In this document: piece by piece, positions 1 through 8,784 of the stretch
Layout: the number at the start of each line of letters is the position of its first letter
Numbering within the stretch: position 1 is the stretch's first letter
Source: an uncultured Chthonomonadaceae bacterium
Lineage (GTDB): Bacteria; Armatimonadota; Chthonomonadetes; Chthonomonadales; Chthonomonadaceae
Length of the DNA: 31,353 nucleotides
Direction of reading: 5' to 3'
Assembly (NCBI GenBank): GCA_963835065.1
Contig: CAWIEK010000058.1
Coordinates: 1-31,353, forward strand
Made by a program: the position numbers and the translations under genes
Notes under the pieces: model-generated
Seen by the model: the letters and a program-made list of their open reading frames with translations, nothing else
Databases searched by the model: none
Told to the model about the DNA's origin: nothing

Positions 1-1960
1 GGAATGGGAAAACAACAATGTTGCGCATGTGCTGGAGTTGCTGAAAGCAACGGCAACGTACAAAGGGCGTGGGTTCGAGTGGGGATATTGGCAACCGCCT
101 GAGCCATCTAAGTTTGAAAATATTTAGCGGGCATACGGGCGGCGTCAGTTCTGTCGCCTTTTCTCCTGACGGTACAAGGATCGTAACGGGCAGTGCTGAT
201 AAGACGGCAAAGGTGTGGAATGTTCAGACAGGCGAAGCATTGCTGACGCTCAAAGGTCACACAGACTATATCAGCGCTGTCGCCTTTTCTCCTGACAGCA
301 CAAAGATTGTTACAGGCAGTCACGATAAGACAGCAAAGGTATGGGACGCGCAAACCGGGCATGAACTCCTATCTGTCAAAGGGCGTACAGAAGGCATCAG
401 TTCTGTCGCTTTTTCTGCTGTTAATAAGAGTGGCGGTGAGATGGATACCAAAATAGATGCCAGTAAGACCGGCGTCGAATCTGTTGCTTTTTCTCCTGAT
501 GGCAAGAACATCGTTACGGGTTGCTTGGACGCTATGAAGGTGTGGGACGCTCAAACCGGGCATGAACTCCTATCTGTTAAAGATGGTACAAATGGACTTC
601 AATCCTTCGTCTTTTCTCCTGACGGCACAAGAATTGTCACGGGCAGTTGGGATAGCACGGCGAAGGTATGGGATGCGCAGACCGGGCATAAAGCGCTGAC
701 ACTCAATGGACATGATCGCCGTGTCCTGTCTGTTTCTTTTTCTCCCGACGGTACAAAGATCGTCACGGGAGTGATGACAACACCGCAAAGATATGGAATG
801 CCCAAACAGGTAAATCCCTGCTCTCGCTCAAAGGGCATACGGGCAGTATTAATTCTGTCGCTTTTTCTCCTGATGGTACAAGGATTGTCACGGGTAGTGA
901 TGACAAGACCGTAAAGGTGTGGGATGCTCAAACAGGGCATGAAGCGCTGACATTCAAAGGATATACTGATGGGGTCGCTTCTGTCGCCTTTTCTCCTGAT
1001 GGCAAAAACCTTGTTACCAACAGTAACGATAACACAGCAAGGATGTGGGACGCTACGATAAAGCATGATGTGCTGGAACTCAAAGTAGGTACGAACCTTG
1101 TCAATTGCGTTGCCTTTTCTCCTGATGGTACAAGGATTGTCACGGGCCGTTGGGATAGCACGGCGAAGGTATGGGATGCCGTGACAGGGCAGCCACTGCT
1201 CTCGCTTAAAGGGCATACAGACAGTGTCCATTGCGTTGCCTTTTCTCCTGATGGCAAGCGCATCGTTACGGGTAGTGATGACAAGACAGCAATGGTATGG
1301 GATGCCCAAACAGGACAGCCACTGCTAACCCTCAGAGGACATACCATTAGCGTGGATGCTATCGCCTTTTCTCCTGATGGTAAACGCATTGCTACGGGCG
1401 GTCAGGACCATACCGCAAAGATATGGGATGCGCAGACCGGGCAGGAAGTGATGACGTTTAAAGGACACACGGACTCTGTTTCCGCCGTTGCATTCTCACC
1501 GGATGGCAAGCGCGTTGTTACCAGCAGTTGGGATGGCACAGTGAAGGTATGGGATGCGCAGACTGGACGCGAAGTGTTGATGCTCAAAGGGGACATAGAC
1601 TACATCAGGTCTGTTTCATTCTCTCCAGACGGCACAAAGATTGTCACAGACAGTCAAGATAACACTGCTACGATGTGGGATGCTCAGACCGGGAACAAAC
1701 TCTTGACGTTCAAAGGACATACGAGCAGTGTCAATTCTGTCGCTTTTTCTCCTGATGGCAAGCGCATCGTCACGGGCAGTCATGACAAGACAGCAAAAGT
1801 GTGGGATGCGCTAACCGGAAATGAACTTTTGACGCTCAAAGGACATACAGGTCGTGTCCGCGCGGTTGCCTTTTCATCTGATGGCAAGCGCATTATTACA
1901 GACAGTGAGGATGGCACGGCGAAAGTGTGGTTTGCCGACGATACGCGGCTTGGGAAGTGA
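1..1960 (+). CDS. WD40 beta-propeller protein (14 repeats), 5'-truncated by the window edge; two single-base frameshifts at ~92 and ~769
   Basis: The frame starting at nt 2 reads EWENNNVAHVLELLKATATYKGRGFEWGYW. After one extra base at ~92 it continues NRLSHLSLKIFSGHTGG (ORF 69-914). At ~769 a base is missing (ACG GG- AGT GAT GAC) and the repeats continue in the frame of ORF 917-1960. There are 14 GH...VAFSPDG...VTGS.D.TAKVWD repeats. The RG.EW.Y linker is typical of kinase/NTPase-WD40 proteins. Confidence 0.9.
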
Positions 1961-2113
1961 TTGTCTGAACCATGATTGGGCATGATTTTGATGATTAGCA
2001 TGATTGAGGAGGCGCGTTTATTACAACCTCCCTCGACTACCATAAACCATGCCTTAGCCAATGCCTCCTCATGGTAATCATCAAAATCATGCCCAATCAT
2101 GGTTCAGACAATC
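1959..2113. repeat. Long palindromic (REP/MITE-like) element with ~50-bp inverted arms
   Basis: Left arm gattgtctgaaccatgattgggcatgattttgatgattagcatgattgaggaggc (1959-2013). The reverse complement of 2063-2113 is gattgtctgaaccatgattgggcatgattttgatgattaccatgaggaggc. The arms have an internal 9-nt ATGATT periodicity. Confidence 0.9.
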
Positions 2114-2174
2114 TAAAGAAAAGGATATGCGCGTTTTATGACTTGAGAAACCCCGTTCCGCGCAGATCGCGCAT

Positions 2175-4226
2175 GTGTTGTTTCTGGACATTGTGGGCTA
2201 TTCCCGCGAAACGACGGGGATGCAGAGCCAGATGCTCAGTCGGCTCAATGCCGCCGTGTCCGCTTCCAAAGCGTTTGCGGATGCGTTTGCCGCCAATGCT
2301 GTGCAGCCGATCCCGACGGGCGACGGCATGGCGCTGCTGTTTTACAGCGACGTGATCGCGCCCGCGCAGTGCGCCATTGACGTGGCGCGGGGTTTGCAGG
2401 GCGGTACGACAACCCTGCCCGTCCGCATGGGACTGCACAGCGGACTGGTGCAGCGCCAGATTGACATTACGGGCAACGAAAACGTTGTCGGGGAAGGCAT
2501 CAACACGGCGCAGCGCGTGATGGACGTGGGCGACGCGGGGCATATTTTGATGTCCATGCAGTACGCCAACTGGCTCCAGCAGTTCGAGGATTGGGCCGGC
2601 CATATTCAGCCGCTCGGTGAAAGCGCAGCCAAGCACGGGCAGGTGGTGCATTTGTACAGCCTGCGTTCGGGTGACTTCGGCAGTGCCGCGCTGCCTTCGC
2701 GGATGCGGGCCGCGCCGACTGCCCCCGCCCCTTCCCCGGCTTCCCAATGGGCCACCACGTCCCAATCCCAAACGCAAAAAATCGCCCTTCTGTATAAGCC
2801 CAACCAGCAGCCGGACGAGAAGGTGTTGCGGATTTTGGAGCAGCGGCTGCGCGAAAGCGGGCATGAGGTGTTTACGGATAATCAGACCAAAATCACCGCG
2901 AATTGGGCGACAACCATTGAAAACCGGATACGCGCCGCCGATGCCGTGATTGCCATCGTGTCACCCCCCTCCCTGCAAAGCGAAATGCTGCAATACGAGA
3001 TCGAAACCGCCCACGACCAGTTGGCGCGGACGACAAAGCCCATCCTGCTGCCCGTGCGTATCGGCAATGACGATGTGCCGGAGGGGGTGATTGCCACCCT
3101 GATTGCGCCCTACGCGCAGTTTACATGGACGGACGAGCAGGACACGCAAAAACTGCTGGCGGAACTGCTGTCGGCCATTGCCGAACCGCTCAAGCCGCGC
3201 CAGGAAGACGTGAAACTGGAACCCGTTGGCGGAGCCGTGCCGCCCGACTCGCCGTTTTACGTGCAGCGGGCCTGCGATCAGGAGTTCATGCAGGCGCTGC
3301 AAAATCAGGAAAGCATTCTGCTGGTCAAGGGCGCGCGGCAGATGGGCAAAACGTCCCTGCTGGCACAGGGCGCGAAGCAAACCAAAGAATGGAACTGGCG
3401 CACCGCCATGACCGATTTCCAGAAACTCAACTCGTCGCAAATGGCGTCCGAAGAGAATTTTTATCGCCTGATTGCCGCCACGCTTGCCCGGCAGTTGAAA
3501 TTCAAGTACGATTTTGAGGCCGAGTGGGACGCGATTTTCGGCGCGAACCTGAATATGGAGAACTTTCTGCGCGAACTGCTCGACAGCGCGGACGAACCCC
3601 TTGTCTGGTACATGGACGAGGTAGACAAACTGTTTCTGGCTCCGTTTGCCAGCGACTTTTTCGGTTTGGTGCGCTCGTGGCACAATTCGCGCTCGACGGA
3701 ACCGGACGGCCCGTGGAACAAACTGACGGTTGTGATCGCGTATGCGACGGAAGCCCATTTGTTCATTCAGGATTTGAACCAATCGCCGTTCAACGTCGGG
3801 CGGCGCCTGGACCTGGAAGATTTCAACATGCAGCAGACCGTAGACCTGAACAGACGCTACGGCAGCCCGCTGAAAACTTACAATGATGTAGAAACCCTGC
3901 ACGGTTTGATTGGCGGGCAGCCGTTTTTGACGCGCCGCGCTCTCGATGCGCTGGCAACCGGCAAAATGGACTTGAACACGCTGAATGCGCAGGCGGCGCG
4001 GGATGACGGCCCGTTTGCCGACCATCTAAAACGGCTTCTGGTGGCGGTAACGCGGCTTCCGGCTGTGGTGGAGTATGCGCGGGGCCTGCTGTCCGGCAAT
4101 CCGCGCAGCGATCAAGACTCGTACTACCGGCTGCTGTCGGCGGGCATCATCAAGCAGACGCGGGAAGGCAAAGTGACGTTTCGCTGCGACCTGTACCAGC
4201 GCTATCTCGAACAACACGCGCTATGA
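2175..4226 (+). CDS. Class III nucleotide cyclase-like domain + TIR domain + AAA_35 (STAND-like) NTPase fusion
   Basis: Cyclase motifs (IAH)VLFLDIVGYS, TGDGM, RMGLHSG and GEGINTAQR. TIR-like segment IALLY...GHEVFTD...W...IENRIRAADAVIAIVS...SEMLQYEIE. AAA_35 signature VGGAVPPDSPFYVQR, Walker A GARQMGKTS and Walker B WYMDEVD. The frame is open upstream to 2142 (LEKPRSAQIAH), so the real start may be ATG 2138 with an indel. Confidence 0.85.
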   Translation: MLFLDIVGYSRETTGMQSQMLSRLNAAVSASKAFADAFAANAVQPIPTGDGMALLFYSDVIAPAQCAIDVARGLQGGTTTLPVRMGLHSGLVQRQIDITGNENVVGEGINTAQRVMDVGDAGHILMSMQYANWLQQFEDWAGHIQPLGESAAKHGQVVHLYSLRSGDFGSAALPSRMRAAPTAPAPSPASQWATTSQSQTQKIALLYKPNQQPDEKVLRILEQRLRESGHEVFTDNQTKITANWATTIENRIRAADAVIAIVSPPSLQSEMLQYEIETAHDQLARTTKPILLPVRIGNDDVPEGVIATLIAPYAQFTWTDEQDTQKLLAELLSAIAEPLKPRQEDVKLEPVGGAVPPDSPFYVQRACDQEFMQALQNQESILLVKGARQMGKTSLLAQGAKQTKEWNWRTAMTDFQKLNSSQMASEENFYRLIAATLARQLKFKYDFEAEWDAIFGANLNMENFLRELLDSADEPLVWYMDEVDKLFLAPFASDFFGLVRSWHNSRSTEPDGPWNKLTVVIAYATEAHLFIQDLNQSPFNVGRRLDLEDFNMQQTVDLNRRYGSPLKTYNDVETLHGLIGGQPFLTRRALDALATGKMDLNTLNAQAARDDGPFADHLKRLLVAVTRLPAVVEYARGLLSGNPRSDQDSYYRLLSAGIIKQTREGKVTFRCDLYQRYLEQHAL

Positions 4227-4334
4227 TAAAACAATAAATTAGCGGCAAACAAGCAGGAGAATTCCATCTTCGGCTAGAATATAAATCGCAAATTCACCAT
4301 ACGAACACCTTTAGCCAGAAATGAGAACGATTGT

Positions 4335-6566
4335 ATGTCCACACAGGAAGTCGCGCTGGAAAATTTGAATCCCGGCGCGAAACGGCTCGTGCAGGCCGTG
4401 ATGCAGGCGGCGGGAGAAACCGCGCCGGGCGCAAACCAATGGCTGACCGCGCTTTTGGAGCGGCATGGGCCGATGGCGGAAACCCTCGCCACGTCCCTTG
4501 ACGCCGCAACGACGCTTACGTATACCCGAACACAGATTGCCGCAGGGCAGGCGGGGCAGGCGCTCGCCCCGAACGCGCTTGTGGAGCAGGCGCTGCAAAA
4601 AGCGAAAGCGCGGGGCAAAGACATCGCAAGCGAGCGGGACGCCGCCGCCGTGATTTTGGAAGCGGCGGGGTATACGCTCCAGGCCCCTGCCGATGTTCCC
4701 TTATCGCCGCCTGCTCCTGCCACAGCAACGGCGGCGGAAGAAGCCGGTGCTGCGGGAAACGCGCCTTCTGCGTGGAAGCCGAAAGCGAAGCGTCCCACGC
4801 CCACGCTGGCGCGGTTCGGGCGCGATCTCACGCAGGCGGCTTTTGAAGGCAAATTGAGCGCGCTGGTCGGACGGGAAGAAGAAACCACGCTTGTCGTGGA
4901 AACGCTGTGCCGGCGCACCAAGCGCAATCCCGTTCTGGTCGGGCCGGCGGGCGTGGGCAAAACGGCTATTGTGGAAGGGCTGGCGCGGCGCATTATTGCC
5001 GGGGCCGTTCCCACCCTGCTGCAAAATTCCCGCGTGTTTGCCATTCAGCCCTCGACCTTGATTGCCGGTGCGGGGTACGGCGATCTGGAAAAGCGCCTGG
5101 AAGCCGTTGTCTCGGAAGCCAGTCAGGACGGGATTCTGCTGTTTATTGACGAAGTGCATGCCATTGTCGGCGCGGGCGGACGGGCGGGCGCGGGCGACAT
5201 GGCGAGCCTGCTCAAACCCGCGCTGGCGCGCGGCGAAATCGCCTGCATCGCGGCCACTACGGACGACGAGTATCGCCGCTTCATCGAAACCGACGCGGCC
5301 CTGGAACGGCGCTTTCAGCCCCTGCGCGTTCACGAACTCAGCGCCGCGCAGACGCTGGAAGTGCTTGGCGCATTGCGCGACGAGTTTCAGCAGGCGCGGG
5401 GCGTTGCCATTTCCCTGGACGCCCTGCACGACATTGTGGCCTTTGCCGAGCGCTATATGCCCAACCGCCATTTTCCCGACAAGGCCGTAGATTTGCTGGA
5501 GCAGGCCGTCGCCCACGCGCTGGCAACCGGCCAAACGGAAGTGACCCGCGCCGACGCGATGCTGGTGGCGAACCGGCTGGTGGGCATGCCGCTGTCCGGC
5601 GAGGGCTGGGAGGACGCGCTGCGCCTGCGGCTGGAAGCGGAGGGCGTTCTGGCTCCCGAAGACACTTCCCTGCTGATAAGCCGCCTGCAGGTGACGCTGG
5701 CCGGTTTCGACATTCACCCCGCGCGTCCCAACGCCATTGTGCTGCTGACCGGCGAAGCGGCGGCAAGCGGGCAAATGCTGGCGGGCATCCTCGCGCAAAC
5801 GCTGTTCGGGAGCGAAGACCGCATCGTCACGCTGGATTTCAGCCGCTACACCGAACCCCACCACGTCAGCATGTTGATCGGTTCGCCGCCGGGCTATGTC
5901 GGCTACAGCGAGCATCTGCCCATCCACGAGGTTGCGCGTATCCCCTGGTGCGTCCTGCTTTGCACCAATCTGGATGCCTGCCACCCTGTCGTGCGCGACG
6001 TGCTGACCCGCGCCCTGGAAACGGGCTTTCTCACGGACGCGCAGGGCAAGCGCCTGTATCTGAGCGACACCATCACAATTCTGACCACGAGCAGCGGCGC
6101 GCTCCCGGAGCGCAAAATGGGCATCCGCGTCCACGACAAAGCGGCGCAGGAAAACCATAAGGAAGACGAGCGGGCGGCGGCGACGCAGATGTTGGGAGCC
6201 GATCTCGCGCGCCTGTGCGATGTTATCAGCAGCCACGCCGGGGGCGCGGAAGCCAACGCGGACAGCGCGCATCGGCGGCAGGAAGCCCTGCTGACGGAAC
6301 TCGGCAAGCGCTACGGTCAGCATGGCATGACGGTGCAATGGAATGACAGCGTGTACGCCTGGCTGGACGCGCGTTCCGGGCGGGCAAACGCGGACGAGGA
6401 GTGGGAGCGGCTGGTGGACAACGATCTCAGCCCCCTGCTGGTGGCGCATCTGGCAAAGCGCAAAAGCACGGAACCGGTTTCCGTGCTGGTCGAGTACAGG
6501 GACAACGCCCTGCAAATCATACCCCGCACAATCACCTCTCACGATGAGGAAGAGCAAAGGAGTTAG
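4335..6566 (+). CDS. ClpA/ClpB-family (Hsp100) AAA+ ATPase with intact D1 and degenerate D2
   Basis: D1 motifs: [54 protein letters not shown]2 keeps [11 protein letters not shown], but its Walker A/B positions read TGEAAASGQ and VLLCTNLD. There is no middle coiled-coil domain. Confidence 0.9.
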   Translation: MSTQEVALENLNPGAKRLVQAVMQAAGETAPGANQWLTALLERHGPMAETLATSLDAATTLTYTRTQIAAGQAGQALAPNALVEQALQKAKARGKDIASERDAAAVILEAAGYTLQAPADVPLSPPAPATATAAEEAGAAGNAPSAWKPKAKRPTPTLARFGRDLTQAAFEGKLSALVGREEETTLVVETLCRRTKRNPVLVGPAGVGKTAIVEGLARRIIAGAVPTLLQNSRVFAIQPSTLIAGAGYGDLEKRLEAVVSEASQDGILLFIDEVHAIVGAGGRAGAGDMASLLKPALARGEIACIAATTDDEYRRFIETDAALERRFQPLRVHELSAAQTLEVLGALRDEFQQARGVAISLDALHDIVAFAERYMPNRHFPDKAVDLLEQAVAHALATGQTEVTRADAMLVANRLVGMPLSGEGWEDALRLRLEAEGVLAPEDTSLLISRLQVTLAGFDIHPARPNAIVLLTGEAAASGQMLAGILAQTLFGSEDRIVTLDFSRYTEPHHVSMLIGSPPGYVGYSEHLPIHEVARIPWCVLLCTNLDACHPVVRDVLTRALETGFLTDAQGKRLYLSDTITILTTSSGALPERKMGIRVHDKAAQENHKEDERAAATQMLGADLARLCDVISSHAGGAEANADSAHRRQEALLTELGKRYGQHGMTVQWNDSVYAWLDARSGRANADEEWERLVDNDLSPLLVAHLAKRKSTEPVSVLVEYRDNALQIIPRTITSHDEEEQRS

Positions 6567-6569
6567 TCA

Positions 6570-7016
6570 ATGGAATTTTCAACCCCGGCCGTGCAGGCGG
6601 CCTACGAGCGCATCGCGCCCATGATGAAAGAATTGTTCGGCGAATTCGTTTCCACCGATCCCAATATTCCCGCCTTCGGGATTTCGATGGGGTCGGCGTA
6701 TGCGCAGATCGCCGTGTACGCCTGGGGCGACAACGACGCCACGCTGCGTGCCTGGTCGTGGGTGCTGACGGGCGCGGAAACCACGCCGGAACTGATGCGC
6801 TACCTGCTGGACACGAACGCCAACATCCGCTTCGGCTCGTTCGGCATGGACGAAGTGGGCGACATCCTTTTCCAGAACACGATTCTGGCCGCCACCTGCG
6901 ACAAGGAGGAACTGCGCGCCACCATCATGGCCGTCGTCTCCACCGCCGACCGCGTAGACGACGAACTGGTCGCCAAATTCGGCGGACAGCGCGCCATTGA
7001 CCGCGTTGCCTCGTGA
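6570..7016 (+). CDS. YbjN / T3SS (CesT/YopN)-like peptide-binding chaperone fold protein
   Basis: 148-aa acidic protein with the pattern GSA...I.V..W...ELMRYLL..NA..RFGSFG.D..GDI.F...I....CDKEEL...I..V...AD..DD.LV.KFGG.RA. It has an SD (AGGAG) and starts 3 nt after the Clp stop. Confidence 0.75.
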   Translation: MEFSTPAVQAAYERIAPMMKELFGEFVSTDPNIPAFGISMGSAYAQIAVYAWGDNDATLRAWSWVLTGAETTPELMRYLLDTNANIRFGSFGMDEVGDILFQNTILAATCDKEELRATIMAVVSTADRVDDELVAKFGGQRAIDRVAS

Positions 7017-7049
7017 TTGCTATTGATGTTAGGCATAATCAGGAACTCT

Positions 7050-7076
7050 GTGCGCCCGCAGTTTCTGCGGGCGCAC
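7050..7076. terminator. GC-rich hairpin downstream of the chaperone gene
   Basis: gtgcgcccgcag-ttt-ctgcgggcgcac is a perfect 12-bp stem; there is no clear U-tract. Confidence 0.5.
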
Positions 7077-7163
7077 GATAATCCAACATCTGGAGATGCG
7101 TAGGAATGTAGACCAGCATGTTTTTGGCGTGAATTTCTCCTTTTTTCAGGGCGCGTCCATTAT

Positions 7164-8349
7164 GGTAGCACCACATTAAGTGGTGAAGAGCTGTTGTTCC
7201 TGTTTTGGTTTCCTGCCCCGCTTCTTGGGGGCACAAAGGGCGGGGGCGGCACACGATAACACAGCAGCTCCCCAACGCTCCAGACGTGGTTGGTCAATCC
7301 TGCCGCCATTGCCGGCGTACACGGCGCGTCTTTGGACAGGCTCTGGTGGGGCGTACACCAGTTGTAGAAGCAGCCGAGCAGGTACATGTTGGCGGTCAAG
7401 GTTTCTGGCTTGCGCAGCAAGGCGCGTCCTTTGCGCGTCAGGGCACTCAGTCGCTGCCGAAACGTTGCGTTGAGGCGCTCAATGTAGGCGGTGTTGAGTA
7501 CCTGTTGGGCAGGCAGCAGACGGGCAATCTGAGACGTGTCGCCGAACAAACGACATACGCCCACCCCGATACAGCGGCCTCGGTCGTAGGCTTTGACCGT
7601 TTGGGCCATCGCCACCTGTTTCCATGCCACCAAGGGCGGGCGTCCCCGCTTGCCTGTGGGCTGCGGGGTGCGAAACGCTTTGTGCCACGCCTCGGCATAC
7701 CCGCGCCAGCCATCGGTGACGACGAGCAAAGGCGAGGTTTGCGCACACGCGGCTACCAGACAGGCAAGCGCGCGCAGGAAAGGCTTGTCCCGATGTTGGC
7801 TGACGACACCCCCCAGCCACAGGCGCGTGGGAACACAGATCGCCATCGCCAGCCAGAGTACCAGACGCTTTTGCATCTTGACCCGTATCTCGTCGGCTTG
7901 GACGTGCCGCAAATCCATCGGGACAGACGTGACGAGCGCAGCGTGAACGGCCTCGGTATGCTGTCCCGCTTTGTGTTGCCAGGAAGCGACCGTGCGTTCA
8001 TCATAGCCATAGGCGCGAACAATGGCTTGGGGCGGGCAGCCATTCATGAGTAGGGTCAAAATGAGCATCACGATCTTCGGATCGGTTTTGAGGCCGTGAA
8101 ACGGCGTCCCTTGTCGGGCAGAAAACGTCTTCTTGCAAGTACGACAACGCCAACGGTCGCGCAGACTATCGTGAACGACAATGTTGCCCTGATGTTGCAA
8201 GCCTCTTGACGAACATTCAGGATTAGGGCAAAATAGCGGATGTGGGTTCATGGCAGGTCCTCGTAAGAGTGATGTGGTAATCTTTCTTACGAACTGCCGA
8301 ACCCACGTTGCGCTTATAACGACTTAGCACCGCTTTCTGCGGTGCTACC
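7164..8349 (-). mobile_element. IS1-family insertion sequence (~1.19 kb)
   Basis: Terminal inverted repeats ggtagcaccacattaagtggtg and (reverse complement) ggtagcaccgcagaaagcggtg match at 18/22 and start with GGT as in the IS1 family. They enclose a transposase. No target-site duplication is visible. Confidence 0.85.
7176..8251 (-). CDS. IS1-family DDE transposase (Zn-ribbon + HTH + DDE); probable 1-nt deletion in the G run at 7227-7231
   Basis: CPNPEC...CRTC zinc ribbon; catalytic QADE, VTDG and YIERLNATFR; TPAMAAGLT.HVW tail. Adding one base gives the tail PPKKRGRKPK...FTT with a stop at 7176, inside the inverted repeat. The called ORF (7160-8251) runs out of the element. Confidence 0.9.
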
Positions 8350-8754
8350 AAAAAAGCTAAACAACGCGAAAACAATGAACCTTTTGCCCTCCTCAGTCTG
8401 TCTATAGTACAAACGTCTACTGTAAAGATGTTTTACCGACAGAAAGGGAGGCGCAAGAAGATGCCTGTCCACATCCGCCCGCCCTGACGCTGCTGAGGTC
8501 ACGATGCCTCTCTTCTACAATTTGACACAACGAGACATCGGGCTGGAAGCGCTGTATTGCCAAGATTTCGACGATGACTCTACATATCCTTTTTTTTATC
8601 TACCGCTTTGCCAACGCTTCCACCACTTGCCGTTGGCAAAGGTCAGGTTCCCCGGTTCGGGAAGTTATAGTTTCACAGCCTTTGAAAATTTGTACCAGTC
8701 AACGTTCGGGGCGAGTCACGTTGTTTCGGTTCTCCTGTATACGCAGCAGTGGAT

Positions 8755-8781
8755 TCCTGCCGGGCGCGCAACCCGGCAGGA
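8755..8781 (-). terminator. Hairpin immediately after the amylase stop codon
   Basis: tcctgccggg-cgcgcaa-cccggcagga, a 10-bp stem 3 nt past the stop; no U-tract. Confidence 0.45.
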
Positions 8782-8784
8782 CAT

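Noticed and set aside
100..1960. Regular ~126-nt DNA repeats as a CRISPR array or DGR template
   Set aside because: They are in-frame coding WD40 repeats with no unique spacers, and there is no cas or reverse transcriptase gene in the window.
2127..2141. In-frame ATG CGC GTT TTA TGA as stop readthrough or selenocysteine
   Set aside because: The SD spacing to ATG 2127 is too short and no SECIS is evident. An indel after ATG 2138 is simpler given the other indels.
2175..4226. Calling this a canonical Pycsar or Thoeris system
   Set aside because: No cNMP-binding effector, SIR2/Macro or TM effector gene is adjacent, and the architecture differs.
4701..6557. Long antisense ORFs (e.g. 4701-6557, 2961-4025, 9208-10215, 24454-25575, 26738-28108)
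   Set aside because: These are shadows of well-supported genes on the opposite strand in GC-rich DNA and have no motifs.
4335..6566. Assigning the symbol clpB, clpC or clpV
   Set aside because: There is no middle domain, D2 is degenerate and there are no T6SS genes, so it is not a clear orthologue.
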